NCBI GenBank assembly: GCA_951406725.2
Contig: OX597820.1
Location: 12,338,001 to 12,402,000, forward strand
Source of the DNA: Octopus vulgaris
Taxonomy: Eukaryota
Length of the DNA stretch: 64,000 nt
Direction: 5' to 3'
Numbering within the stretch: the stretch's first letter is position 1; the number at the start of each line of letters is the position of its first letter. The translations under genes were made by a program, and so were the position numbers. Below are positions 12,843 to 24,732 of the stretch, in pieces. The notes under the pieces are model-generated. The model did not search any database. It was not told where the DNA came from and was given only the letters and a program-made list of their open reading frames with translations.

Positions 12843-13124
12843 ATAAGATATACTATAAGTCAATTGTTAAATTTTTGACATGTATATCGATATTTTGGTG
12901 TGAAGAGCCCTCCCTTTTTTTTCAAGAAACCTTTGGAGAAATGGTGTTGAGAGCTGACTTCTCTGTTCTTTAATGAGTCTATATTAAGTTATGACGTGTT
13001 GCTCTGCATGAACAGGATAGCGTTTCTTCCGCGTTCTGTTGTTAGTGTGTGGGTTGGTCTTGCTACTTAAGAGATGACTCCTGTTTATGTATAAGCTTTT
13101 ATATAAATACATACATGTATATAA

Positions 13125-13230
13125 TTACTAGGCTTACGAAGAATACGCCCTGGGATGGATTTGTTCGACTAAAGGTGGTGCTACAGCATGGCCACAGTCA
13201 GGTGACTGAAATAATTAAAAGTATAAAAGA
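13125..13230 (+). mobile_element. 3' fragment of the microsatellite-containing CORE-like SINE
   Basis: actaggcttacgaagaat...gactaaaggtggtgctacagcatggccacagtc matches 20396-20502. Confidence 0.8.
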
Positions 13231-13246
13231 ATATATATATTATATG

Positions 13247-13289
<43 letters not shown>

Positions 13290-13364
13290 ATGTATGTATG
13301 TATGTATATATATTGTTGTATTTGGGGATGGGGATGTTGCCAGATTATCTAATAAAAACACATA

Positions 13365-13865
13365 TTTGTGGCTATCGTACCATGAGTTGGCCTTCCCTAT
13401 TTTCTTCTTAGTCCTTTCAATGGGGTTCTATGACTTGCTCCTATAGAGTGGGCAAATCCCATTCCTATCGTTACGTATGATAGTTTCGAATTTCCTCATG
13501 GCTCCTTTGTATACTCTGATCCTTTCTTTATGTCTGTAATCTGAGAACTGCGTGTGGTGAACGAAATGTTGTATGTATCTCTTTAACTCTGTAGGATCGC
13601 ACATGCGGGACACATTTCGAATTATTCTGATGAGGTCTGCCATCAATATATTGAATTTGGCATTGTCTGCAATAGCTGAGTTCCGGTGGATCAGGTATTT
13701 GGAGGCCATAGGTTTGGCACAGTGTGAATGAAGGATTCGGGTTTTGTTATCTTCAGTTTCCAGCCAGAGTTCTGCATCTAGAACTGGTAGCCTATGATTA
13801 GGGTGTTTTGTAGGGTAGTCTATCGTGACCTTAATACTTTGGTGGATGAAGTTAGCTATTTGCTG
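13365..13865 (-). mobile_element. Penelope-like element RT end and thumb fragment, tentatively Naiad-like
   Basis: IANFIHQSIKVTIDYPTKHPNHRLPVLDAELW...HCAKPMASKYLIHRNSA...LIRIIRNVS...GICPLYRSKS*NPIERTKKKIGKANSWY. The frame continues past the TAG at 13428-13430. The clade call rests on recalled motifs only. Confidence 0.8.
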
Positions 13866-15093
13866 GGGCGTATATTCCGGGTGTGCTTTGTGTACGCTGC
13901 ACACCCACTGAAGATGGCAAATTCGTTATAAATATTAACCTAACTCATTTATTTAATCACAAATCTTAATGGAAGACTTTTGTTGTACCCGTGCTTGTAA
14001 TTCGGTGGCACTGGGTGTGGAACCATGGTCAATACAGCAACTACCATACGCCACAACATACAACCTCTGTGACACTAACTTACGCTCACCTTACATTAGG
14101 TATCCTGCTGATCATTATTTAAAAATATTGAAAATGAATAAATGTGACGTCACGTCTTCGAAATATAAGTTGAACCACGATGGATGATAAAGCAAATCAT
14201 TTTGACCTGCAGTGTATTTTTTCATATTCTTGTTGAATTCACAATTATAACAATGCATTTAATAACTACATACATTGCAAACATATACATATGCAAATAT
14301 TTAGATAATGGCGTTCGTATAAATTGACAGATGCATTTAAATCTGAAATGAATGAAAGCTATCCCGCCATTCAGCCACCAATAACAAGCTGTAGTTTGAA
14401 CAATGTAAAAATGTTTATAGATATTTAAGCCCCGAATATACCAGGGAGAAGAGTTAAGAAATATATATTGGCCCCTGAATCACGTACGCAATGAATTCTA
14501 GAAATTCTTTTAGAAATATATAAAGAGTAGATCGCATTATACGCGTTTTTAAAAAAAAACAACAATATGGCTTCAAATGTATGAGAGAGAATATTTGCAT
14601 CAATAAAACAAATTTCAACAAATATTCTTTTTCTTTTGCTTTTGCAAATGTGTTTCTGTTACTGTTAGTATTCTATTCCGTTTGAAATTGCAGAATCAAC
14701 AAAAGTCGTAGGTAGAACTTTATATTTCTGAAGGACATTAGCAGCATATTTGTTGTAAATCGCACACAGATTTGAAAGATGATTTAAATGTAACAATAGA
14801 TTGTCCACCCATTTCTTATATTAATTATTGTCACACGTTTTAGTGCCAAGCGCCAGATTACATAATTAGGATCAAAGCTGGCGAAAACGTGAAACAGAAT
14901 ATCGATCCTTTGCTTATTTTATATAGGTTATTAATTCATGAAACGGTTGCATTATTGTCACCTTTCCTCAGCAATCAGGCATATACATTTTTGTTGGAGA
15001 AGAATGTATGTTTAAGATATGATTTTTTTTTGTGTACCTGTAATGGCTATTGTTTTCGAGTCTCATAAGTATGTATGTATGTATGTAGGTATG

Positions 15094-15127
<34 letters not shown>

Positions 15128-15764
15128 TGTATGTATGTATGTATGTATGTATGCATGTATGCATGTATGTATATTAATGTGTGTGCGTGTACACACAAGC
15201 ACACACACACACGCGCGCATATCATAAATACTTCTACATACACACACACACATCATATATATTTCTGCACAGACATACATACATACATATATATGCACAC
15301 AAACACATACGTACATACATAGATATATATGTGTGTATGTTTCGTTATGAGTGAGTATGTGTGCATACACATGTATACTATATACATCTAAGTAATAAGT
15401 AGTACATAAAGGTAAATAGAGAAACTATATAGATTGAAAAAGAGGTATATTCAAAAGCTGGTATGAATGAATGCATACACACACATACACATATACATAC
15501 GTGTATGTGTTCGCGCATGCGTGTGTGCGTGTGTGTGTTTATGTATCTATGTATGTATGTATGAATGTTGGTACGTGTGTACGTACGTATGTATAATTAT
15601 ATGCGTGTAAATAGAAAGTTGAAGAGAGAAAGGTAGGAAGAAGAATGAGGAGGAAAGAGAGGGGAGAAAGAGAAAGGAGAAAGAAATGAGGAAAAGGAGA
15701 GAAAGGGAGAGAGAGAGGAGAGAGGGAGAGAGTGAGAGAGAAGGAGAGAGTGAGAAGTGAAAGA

Positions 15765-16500
15765 GGTTAAATGTCTAAAAAGTAACCTGATTTTCTTATA
15801 TTAGGATTTGTAGGAGGGAGTGTAGGCAGATCTGTGAAAGAAACCTTACCAGTCGAACCACCGAACAAAACGAAAACAAACAAAATATCGCAAGTGGAAC
15901 ATTGCTTATACGATTATTCCTTTATATCGTATTTGTACACTTACGCTAAAACTCATGCGCTTTAGGCCTCGGAAAAGGGATATCTAGTGATAAAGAGAGC
16001 ATGACAAATACAGGTGCTACATATACGGATTGTTTCTGAACCTCGTATTTAAATTAGATAAATACATAAGTATAAGAAAGTGAGAGATAGACGGTTAGTT
16101 AAATAGCGAGAGCGAAAAAGGAAATGTGGTTGATTACCGCTATCTGAATATATCGCACAAAGTGGACAGATTGTAAGGTAAGATGTTATAGATGTCTAAC
16201 TGATCCCCAAAACCTAACATGTCTGACGAACTTAGATTACACCAATTGAGATAATTAAAATATGAACTAGAATAATTAATTAACAAAGATTTGATTATAA
16301 AATTCTGATGAAAACCCAAAAAAAAAAAAAAATAACAAAGTAATTCTTTAACGTGATATCGGAAATTCATAGAAACTGAATGTCAAACACTTTCACACAT
16401 ATCCCACTTATAAAAACGTAAATTTTGGAAACTAGGATACATTCAAAAATTACAAATTTCACTCAATTATACAAACATTATTGTAACTTTATAGAGAAAT
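15765..16500. repeat. Diverged local duplication, copy 2
   Basis: See 7105-7830. Offset is about 8.66 kb (aag|gtaag at 7514 vs 16178). Confidence 0.8.
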
Positions 16501-16537
16501 AGTATGGATGTATACATGTATTTGTGTATGAATGTGA

Positions 16538-16581
<44 letters not shown>

Positions 16582-17129
16582 ATACATATGCCTACATATA
16601 TAAATATATATGCATGTTTATCAACCTATCAATCTCTGTATGTGTGGATGTGTATATGTATGTATGTATATATGTATGATGTATTTATGTGTGTATGCAT
16701 TTATGACATGTATGTATGTAGGCGGGTATGTATATATGTATGTATATAAGATGGTGAGCTGGCAGAATCGTTAGCACGGCAGAAAAATGCCTATACACCG
16801 GTTTTCGTTATTGTCAAAATAATTTACAAACACACAGATGCACTCTCGCGCTCACACAAATACAGATACACACACACACGTCTTTGTATATACATCTATA
16901 AATATACGGACAAATATTTTTCAACACACTTATAACTATGTGTACTGGAAAGTTTTCTTTTCATTTATTGAATGTAATCTTTAAGCTTAAAAGATTAATA
17001 TGAATATAATAGCAGCGTTCCATACAATACCCGTGTTCACACCTAAAAACTTGCTAAACGTAAATATTTCAAATACATGTGTATGTAAATAAGAAAACAT
17101 GAACACATATATTGTTATGTTTATATATA

Positions 17130-17290
17130 CAGGAGTGGCTGTGTGGTAAGTAGCTTGCTTACCAACCACATGGTTTCGGGTTCAGTCCCACTGCGTGGCA
17201 CCTTGGGCGAGTGTCTTCTACTATAGCCTCGGGCCGACCAAAGCCTTGTGAGTGGATTTGGTAGACGGAAACTGAAAGAAGCCCGTCATA

Positions 17291-17343
<53 letters not shown>

Positions 17344-17798
17344 TAGCAGTATCGCCCGGCGTTGCTCGGGTTTGTAAGCGAAATAACTATATAAGCATTT
17401 TTAGAGAGTTACTTCCCTTATAGATGCCAATTCGGGCTTTCTTAGCCATTTCTGTTTTGGTGTCTTCAAGCCATGATGTCGTTGTTCTAAAAGAACGCTG
17501 GTCTCCTTGACAACGCATTACGACGTTGATTTCCTTAAACTCCCTTCCCCACAGCTTCACGAGGGAGGGAAGAAGGGGGAGAAGCAGACACAGGTGCAGG
17601 TGTTTGAGCGTGGACGCCAACTCCGCCGCCATCGTAGACTCATCGTTGACGCGCGCTAATACCCAGACGGGCTTGATATTAATCACGACTATAAGATACC
17701 CGAATTTGGTTAAACTGCACCGCAAAATGTGGGAGGAGTTAGGAATCTAAATCGTAGGAGACAGACACTCACACAACTACAGTTTTATATATATATAG

Positions 17799-17855
<57 letters not shown>

Positions 17856-18074
17856 CGTGTATGTTTGTGTGTCTGTGTTTGTCCCCCTAGCATTGCTTGA
17901 CAACCGATGCTGGTGTGTTTATCTCACCCTCACTTAGCGATTCGGCAAAAGATACCGATAGAATAAGTACTGGGCTTACAAAGAATAAGTCCCGGGGTCG
18001 AGTTGCTCGACCAAAGGCGGTGCTCCAGCATGGCCGCAGTCAACTGACTGAAACAAGTAAAAGAGTAAAAAGAG
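17130..18074 (+). mobile_element. tRNA-derived CORE-like SINE with internal (TA)n(TG)n, split by a Helitron
   Basis: A box (tggctgtgtgg), B-like box (gggttcagtccc) and CORE-like ccttgggcgagtgtcttct. The 3' half resumes at ~17860 and ends in (gtaaaaga)n. Collinear with the intact copy at 20102-20502. Confidence 0.9.
17343..17799 (-). mobile_element. Non-autonomous Helitron with the same termini as 4227-4625 but a different interior
   Basis: On the - strand it starts TC at 17799 and ends ...cccgagcaacgccgggcgatactgCTAG at 17343. Inserted at an A|T site in a TA array. Confidence 0.9.
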
Positions 18075-18282
18075 TATACATATATATATATATATATATA
18101 TATGTTAGAAGAAATGAGGTACTCAGAAAATCGGATGGTTTTATATTTACAGATATTTATGTGTATATTACTTATTTTATATATCATATAACTTAGATCA
18201 TATATTAGCGCTTTCTCCCATTCTAGTGGGGTTTTCAAATCGAACTAGGTTCCTGTGAAAAAGTTTATATATATATATATAT

Positions 18283-18348
<66 letters not shown>

Positions 18349-18353
<5 letters not shown>

Positions 18354-18696
18354 GGATAAAGACCCCCTTCGGTCATGAGTGACCATGGGTTTGCACCTAG
18401 AGAGTTACCCTCTGAGGCACAAGTCTGGGCAAGGTTGTTTCTATGGAAGACCAGTAGTCGCCCATGCATACCGGCCTCCCCTCTCCACGCCACCAGTGTT
18501 ATCCAAGGGAAAGACAAATGTCGATACAGCTTGGCACCTGTGACGTCGCAACTCATTTCTACAGCTGAGTGAACTGGAGCAACGTGAAATAAAGTGTCTT
18601 GCTCAAGAACACAGCACGCAGCCCGGTCCGGGATTCGAACTTACAACCTCACGATCGTTAGCTCGACGCTCTAACCACTGAGCCATGCGCCTTCAC
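18349..18696 (-). mobile_element. tRNA-derived CORE-like SINE (second family), full length
   Basis: The - strand reads gtgaaggcgcaTGGCTCAGTGGttagagcg...GTTCGAATCCcggaccggg, then CORE-like tgtgttcttgagcaagacactttatttc. Confidence 0.9.
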
Positions 18697-18727
<31 letters not shown>

Positions 18728-18839
18728 ATACATACATACATACATACATACATACATACATACATACATACATACATACATACATACATACATACATACA
18801 TACATGTTTGTGAACACATGTATGCATATATACATTAGT

Positions 18840-19610
18840 AGACAGACACAGCATGACCAAGGTTATAGTTTGATCATTTTCCTAAACATGTGCAGCATAG
18901 ATGTAGAAGTATGGCTGCCTCTTCGAACAGCTGATTACACATCTCTCCGTTACATAATGGTATTATTCGATGAGTGTTTTACATCTCTCGGGTACGTCCA
19001 ACCATAATTTCGAACACATTATATGAATCAAGCGATGACTGTTCCTGAAAGAAGAAAGCCTTGCTCAGGGACAATCCCACTCTATAAACAACATATGCAT
19101 TCGCTCAAAAGGATGTATTAGTCTACATAATTGGATGAAAAGAGGTCGCATGCGTCATAGCAGAGTTTACATTCTTCTAGATAGATAAGGCGGCGAACTG
19201 GCAGAAACGGTAGCACACCGGGCGAAATCCTTAGCGATATTTCGTCTGTCATTACTATCTGAGATAAATTTCCCCCGAGGTCGACTTTGTGTTTTCTCCT
19301 TTCGTGGTCGATAAATTAAGTACCAGGTTGATCTAATCGACTGGCGTCCTCTCCCAAAATTTCGGGCCTTGTGCCTAGAGTAGAAAAGATTCTCTTAGAT
19401 AGATGTTTAAAAAAAGACTAGGTGCATCTTTTGCCTTAGCTGTTGGCTGGCTGTTCATGCTACTGATTTCATCTTCCCTCTGACAAGTTTTACTTTCGTC
19501 TTGCAGGGTGTCCAACGAAACCCAGTTTTACCAACCAAACAGGCTTGGTAGTGTTGCCAGTCTGTTCACTGACGCCCGACGATGCGACGGGTTGCACAAG
19601 ATCACTTCTT
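18840..19610 (-). mobile_element. Possible RTE LINE 5' end (UTR plus start of AP endonuclease), interrupted by a SINE
   Basis: LDSYNVFEIMVGRTREM resembles the APE start IGTLNVGTMxGRxxE. Very decayed. Confidence 0.35.
19187..19412 (+). mobile_element. Deu/Nin-domain tRNA-derived SINE with TSD
   Basis: Head aaggcggcgaactggcagaaacg, core gaggtcgactttg...cctttcgtggtcgataaattaagtacca, flanking TSD tagatagat. Confidence 0.88.
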
Positions 19611-19635
19611 AATAGTAGTAATAACAGTGAGATTA

Positions 19636-19671
<36 letters not shown>

Positions 19672-19815
19672 AAATAAATTAGAGGTAAAACCACCATTAG
19701 GCAAATCAAACGGTGAAAAACATTAACCAAAACATAGAAATAAGATTAATTAATATAATATACAAAATATACAAAATATAAAACTCAAAATTTAAATTAT
19801 CTGTAATATAATATG

Positions 19816-19982
19816 TGACAATTATTCGGTTGCCTTAATAAAACTCCGAGTTTCGGATGTCGGGGCAGAACTCTGCTCTGGCATCTCGTCAGATTGTCTT
19901 AATAATTGACGAGATGCCGGAGCATATTTCCGCCCCGACATCCCAAACTCGGAGTTTTATTATGGCAACCGAATAATTGTCA
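19816..19982. repeat. ~76-bp inverted repeat whose arms are hammerhead-bearing pseudo-LTR segments
   Basis: Arms 19816-19891 and 19907-19982. The - strand of the left arm reads CTGACGA-GATG...CATC-C-GAAAC-TCGGA-GTT. Confidence 0.85.
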
Positions 19983-20046
19983 AATTCGTCTATTTACATA
20001 ATATCGAGGTCTCTTTCATTCTTTTGCTGTCATACTTTTACTACTA

Positions 20047-20101
<55 letters not shown>

Positions 20102-20102
<1 letters not shown>

Positions 20103-20501
20103 GCGCAGGAGTGGCTGTGTGGTAAGTAGCTTGCTAACCAACCACATGGTTCCGGGATCAGTCCCACAGCATGGCATCTTGGGCAAGTGTCTTCTGCTAT
20201 AGCCCCGGACCGACCAATGCCTTGTGAGTGGATTTGGTAGACGAAAACTGAAAGAAGCCTGTCGTATATATCTCTCTATATATATATGTGTGTTTGTGTG
20301 TCTGTGTTTGTCCCCCTAGCATTGCTTGACAACCGATGCTGGTGTGTTTACGTCCCCGTCACTTAGCGGTTCGGCAAAAGAGACCGATAGAATAAGTACT
20401 GGGCTTACAAAGAATAAGTCCTGGGGTCGATTTGCTCGACTAAAGGTGGTGCTCCAGCATGGCCTCAGTCAAATGACTAAAACAAGTAAAAGAGTAAAAG
20501 A

Positions 20502-20502
<1 letters not shown>
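20102..20502 (+). mobile_element. CORE-like SINE with internal microsatellite, full length
   Basis: Runs from the ggcgcaggagtggctgtgtggtaag head to the gtaaaagagtaaaagag tail. Confidence 0.92.
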
Positions 20503-20553
<51 letters not shown>

Positions 20554-20730
20554 TGAGAAAGTGACGGAGAGAAGATATATATATATATCAGTATGGCCGC
20601 AGCTCTGAGCTGAAACTTTACAATATATATATATATGTACTGGAACACCCACATGTATATATATGAATCTAAATTATATTACTGTATGCGTTCGTCTACA
20701 TACATGCATATACAGGCACAAACACATATG

Positions 20731-22877
20731 TATGTTAAGAGTTAAACTTAAGAGTTTATATTTATTGGAAAATGGGGCTAATTCACTTTGTCGGTACTTG
20801 CAAAGCAGCAATTAGGGCAGTAGGCATTGATTATGAAATATAATGTGGTCCAGTATATCGCAGGTCGAAGGGGCCTGGGCTACTTTGGTGTAAACAGAGA
20901 CTATCATGTTCAGGTTGTGAACATCAGAAGCAACTGCTCAGCGACATTTATACATTCGATGGTAATGGCTTGTCGGTGATCCTTGAGCTTTCACGTGGTT
21001 GCTAATGAATTAAATGGAGGTTCTAACGTTCCGAGTTTTGAATAGCATTGTATGAAAGAGAAGTAAGAAGAATAAGAAGCCCTATTTAAAAATCTGGTCG
21101 AGAGTAACTTCTGTTTTCTAGCTGCTTAGTTTCACAATACTTATTTTCCATAGTTGATATTTTGATTCATATCTTTGTGCCTTTTTAGCCACGTGTTTAT
21201 TTATTTCACTTCTTGTGTGTCTCTTTCATGTTTCAGAATCGTATTCTTTTGTGTGTTATTGTGTGTCGATACTTATGTGCATACATACATACATGCATAC
21301 ATACATACATACATACATACATACATACATACATACATACATACATACATACATACATACATACATACTTACACACATACACGCATATATGTATATCGGT
21401 CAATCAGTATCTATTATTCAAATTTCAAAAGAGAAATTAGAATAATAGGGATACACCCCTGCCCCACATATTTATACATATATATCGAAATATGTTTAAA
21501 GGTGTGAAGAATGACGTCAGTGGTGTCACAGTATTCAGTGAAGTTGAATAAGCATTTAACAAATCTACGTAAATTGAATGTTTTGTTTGATAAAGAAGAA
21601 TGTTGCCTATTATAGACATTAGTTCGTATAAAGAACACTTAATGAATAATAGAAGGTTTTATAAGTATACAAACAAGGCTTATAGGTTTAGTAATTTAGA
21701 ACCAGGCAAAGAATTAGCAGCTAACACAAATGGTAGATGTCAGATAAGAATATCTGCTATCGCAGCCCTCTTTTATTTCTCTTAAATGTCATAAATACAA
21801 CTTGCTAGTGGATGGATGAAAGCACTCCGTCGGTTACGACGACGAGGGTTCCGGTTGATCCGAATCAACGGAACAGACTGCTCGTGAAATTAACGTGTAA
21901 GTGTCTGAGCACTCCACAGACACGTGCACCCTTAACGTAGTTATCGGGGGTATTCAGCGTGACACAGAGAGTGACAAGTCCGGCCCCTTGAAATACAGGT
22001 ACAACAGAAACAGGAAGTAAGAGTGAGAGAAAGTTGTGGTGAAATAGTACAGCAGGGATCACCACCATCCCCTGCCGGAGCCTCGTGGAGCTTTAGGTGT
22101 TTTCGCTCAATAAACACTCACAACGCCTGGTCTGGGAATCGAAACCGCGATCCTATGACCGCGAGTCCGCTGCCCTAACCAATGGGCCATTGCGCCTCCA
22201 CAACTTGCTAGTATAACGTTAGGTGTAAATTAATTTAACCAACTATGTCGGATTTAGGTATAAGTAGTAAAAGAATATTAGAAAAAATTGTTTCGTGAGT
22301 AAGAAATACTCTGGTGTCCTGGTGCGTACTTCTATCCTTCAATAACCATATCTGTGTTGACGTAGACCCTAGGTGGTGCATAATCAAACACTGATATTGG
22401 TGATTTGCTCATCGATGTGGTTTGGGATTCGAGAAAATCACTCTTGCTTTTCCATAATCAAACATGTTTTTATAAACATAGTAAAAAAAGAAAAGAAGCG
22501 AGAGAATAAATTGTTCGATGTGGGAGAATCTTATTTTACTTACACCTCTTTGATAAAAGGATATAACTTAGAATGTTAGGAACACTGTTTATTTCATTGG
22601 CAACCGTATGAAAGCTCAAGGATCAACAATTTCATAACCATCAAATTTACGAATGCCGTAGAGGTGTTTGCTTTTGATGGTCACAAACCTGAACTTGATA
22701 GTCGCTGTTTAGACCGTTGTAGCCAATTCCCCTTCGACCTGTGATATAATCGATACTTCGAGCTGCGACATAATCAATGCGTATTGGCCTAATTGGTGCA
22801 TTGTGATTAGCGACAAATTGAACACACCGCGTCATCCAATAAATATAAACATTTAAGTTTAACTCTTAACTAACATA
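20731..22877. mobile_element. ~2.1-kb element bounded by ~350-bp diverged inverted repeats
   Basis: 20731-~21080 matches the reverse complement of ~22530-22877 (gttaagagttaaacttaa..tttatatttattgga; caattagg..gcattgattatg; caggtcgaagggg; gactatca.gttcaggtt; gatccttgagctttca). Confidence 0.8.
21810..22199 (-). mobile_element. tRNA-derived SINE (third family, octopus OR/OK-type), full length with 13-bp TSD
   Basis: Reverse complement of 44461-44846. TSD acaacttgctagt at 21797-21809 and 22200-22212. Confidence 0.95.
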
Positions 22878-23001
22878 TATATGTTTGTATGTATTTGTGT
22901 GTATACATAAATACATAAACACACACACACACACAAATATATATATGTGTATAGATTATTTAGATTTATAAACATACAGGGGGTGTTTGTGTATGTGTGT
23001 T

Positions 23002-23032
<31 letters not shown>

Positions 23033-23056
23033 ATATATAAATATGTATGAATATAT

Positions 23057-23087
<31 letters not shown>

Positions 23088-23139
23088 CATACATACATAT
23101 ATATGTATGTATATATATGTATGTATGTATATATATATC

Positions 23140-23208
<69 letters not shown>

Positions 23209-23219
23209 GTATGTATATA

Positions 23220-23291
<72 letters not shown>

Positions 23292-23360
23292 TGTATGTAT
23301 ATGCATATAGATTATTTAAATTTATAATCATACAGGGGGATGTTTGTGTATGTGTGATTA

Positions 23361-23780
23361 TCTCTCTATATATAAAACTGAGAATGTGTGTGTGTGTGTC
23401 TGTCTGTCTGTCTGTTTCCCTAAAACTTGAGAACTGCACAACCAATTTCATTCAAATTTTACACATGCCTTACTTAGGGTCCGGGGAGTGTCATCGGCAA
23501 AAACTTTTAACTTTTTGCCTAGAGTGAGCCCACAGCAATATCATATCTTCTCCACTACAATTCCCTAAAACTTGAGAACTACACAACCAATTTCATTCAA
23601 ATTTTACACATGCCTTACTTAGGGTCCATGTAATTTCATGGGCAAAAAAATGTTCAACGTCTTGCCTAGAGCGAGCCCATAGCAATATCATATCTTCTCC
23701 ACTATTTCAGTATTACGTGTTAAAAGTAAAGCAAAAACATTTCTCTATTTTATGTCAGATGCTTTCACTTTAACAATAAA
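23361..23780 (+). mobile_element. Helitron-like 5' portion with a 145-bp tandem duplication
   Basis: A|TCtctctatatataaaactgagaatgtgtg(tctg)n start, similar to the 4227 copy. Repeat units begin at 23416 and 23561. The 3' boundary is uncertain. Confidence 0.7.
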
Positions 23781-24471
23781 AATAAAAATAACAATTGAAT
23801 TATACGTAGTAAGTAATAATTAAAATCAAACTAAAGTATAATATAATCGTAACATAAAAGTAAAAATAGCAATTAGTATAAAATTGCATCAATGACTTGA
23901 ACTTGAATAAGTGGTTTCACATGAATGGGAGTAAATTAAAAATAAAATTAGCGTGCAGAAATGGAATAGTCCAGATGGATAATAAAAAAATTAAATTAAA
24001 GAAAAGACTATTGTCTGTAAAGTATACAATGTAGAGAAAAAAGAAGATTTGAACACCTGGAGGAAGCACCATCGAAAAGTGTCTTGGTGCGACTATTAAA
24101 GATATCTAACCAGAGGCGGTAAATTCGCCACAATAGAAGCAAGGTTCGAGTCAACTTGCAAAGTGGAAATATTTTATTTTTACTTTTATATCTGAGACGT
24201 AGGACGTGCCGGATAAAATTTAAAAATGCCCCCCTCCCCCGAAGTTGAAGTAGGCTGGATTGTAGCAACACTTCTATACAAGATGGAGGACAAGATACAA
24301 TTGATCGGAATTGTAAGGGACGGGCTTACAATTCCACTCTGTTATATATTTTGAATATTGTTATCACTAGCGATATCAAGATATAACTTTGTATTTTGTA
24401 TTTTATGTGTAGATGTATATATATAAATGTACATGTAATATGTACACATATATATACACATATATACATGC

Positions 24472-24510
24472 ACTAGTACTATGACCCGGCAACGACGGGT
24501 CATAATGATA

Positions 24511-24512
<2 letters not shown>
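24472..24512. repeat. 41-bp hairpin resembling a self-inverted Helitron 3' terminus
   Basis: actagtactatgacccg-gcaacga-cgggtcataatgatagt, with 14 of 17 positions paired. Confidence 0.7.
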
Positions 24513-24549
<37 letters not shown>

Positions 24550-24689
24550 AATGTATATATATATGTATGAATGTATATATATATGTATGCATGTATACAT
24601 ATATGTATGTATATATATATATATATGTGTATGCATGTATATATATATATATGTATGTATATATATATGTATGTATGTATGTATGTTTG

Positions 24690-24732
<43 letters not shown>

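Noticed and set aside
12860-13100. Possible further GIY-YIG C-terminal relic (also 29880-30120)
   Set aside because: Too degraded to support by eye; it needs a frameshift-aware profile search.
18620-18696. tRNA-like sequences with A/B boxes (also 22125-22199, 44461-44535, 49351-49425)
   Set aside because: They continue directly into SINE bodies, several with TSDs, so they are SINE heads rather than tRNA genes.
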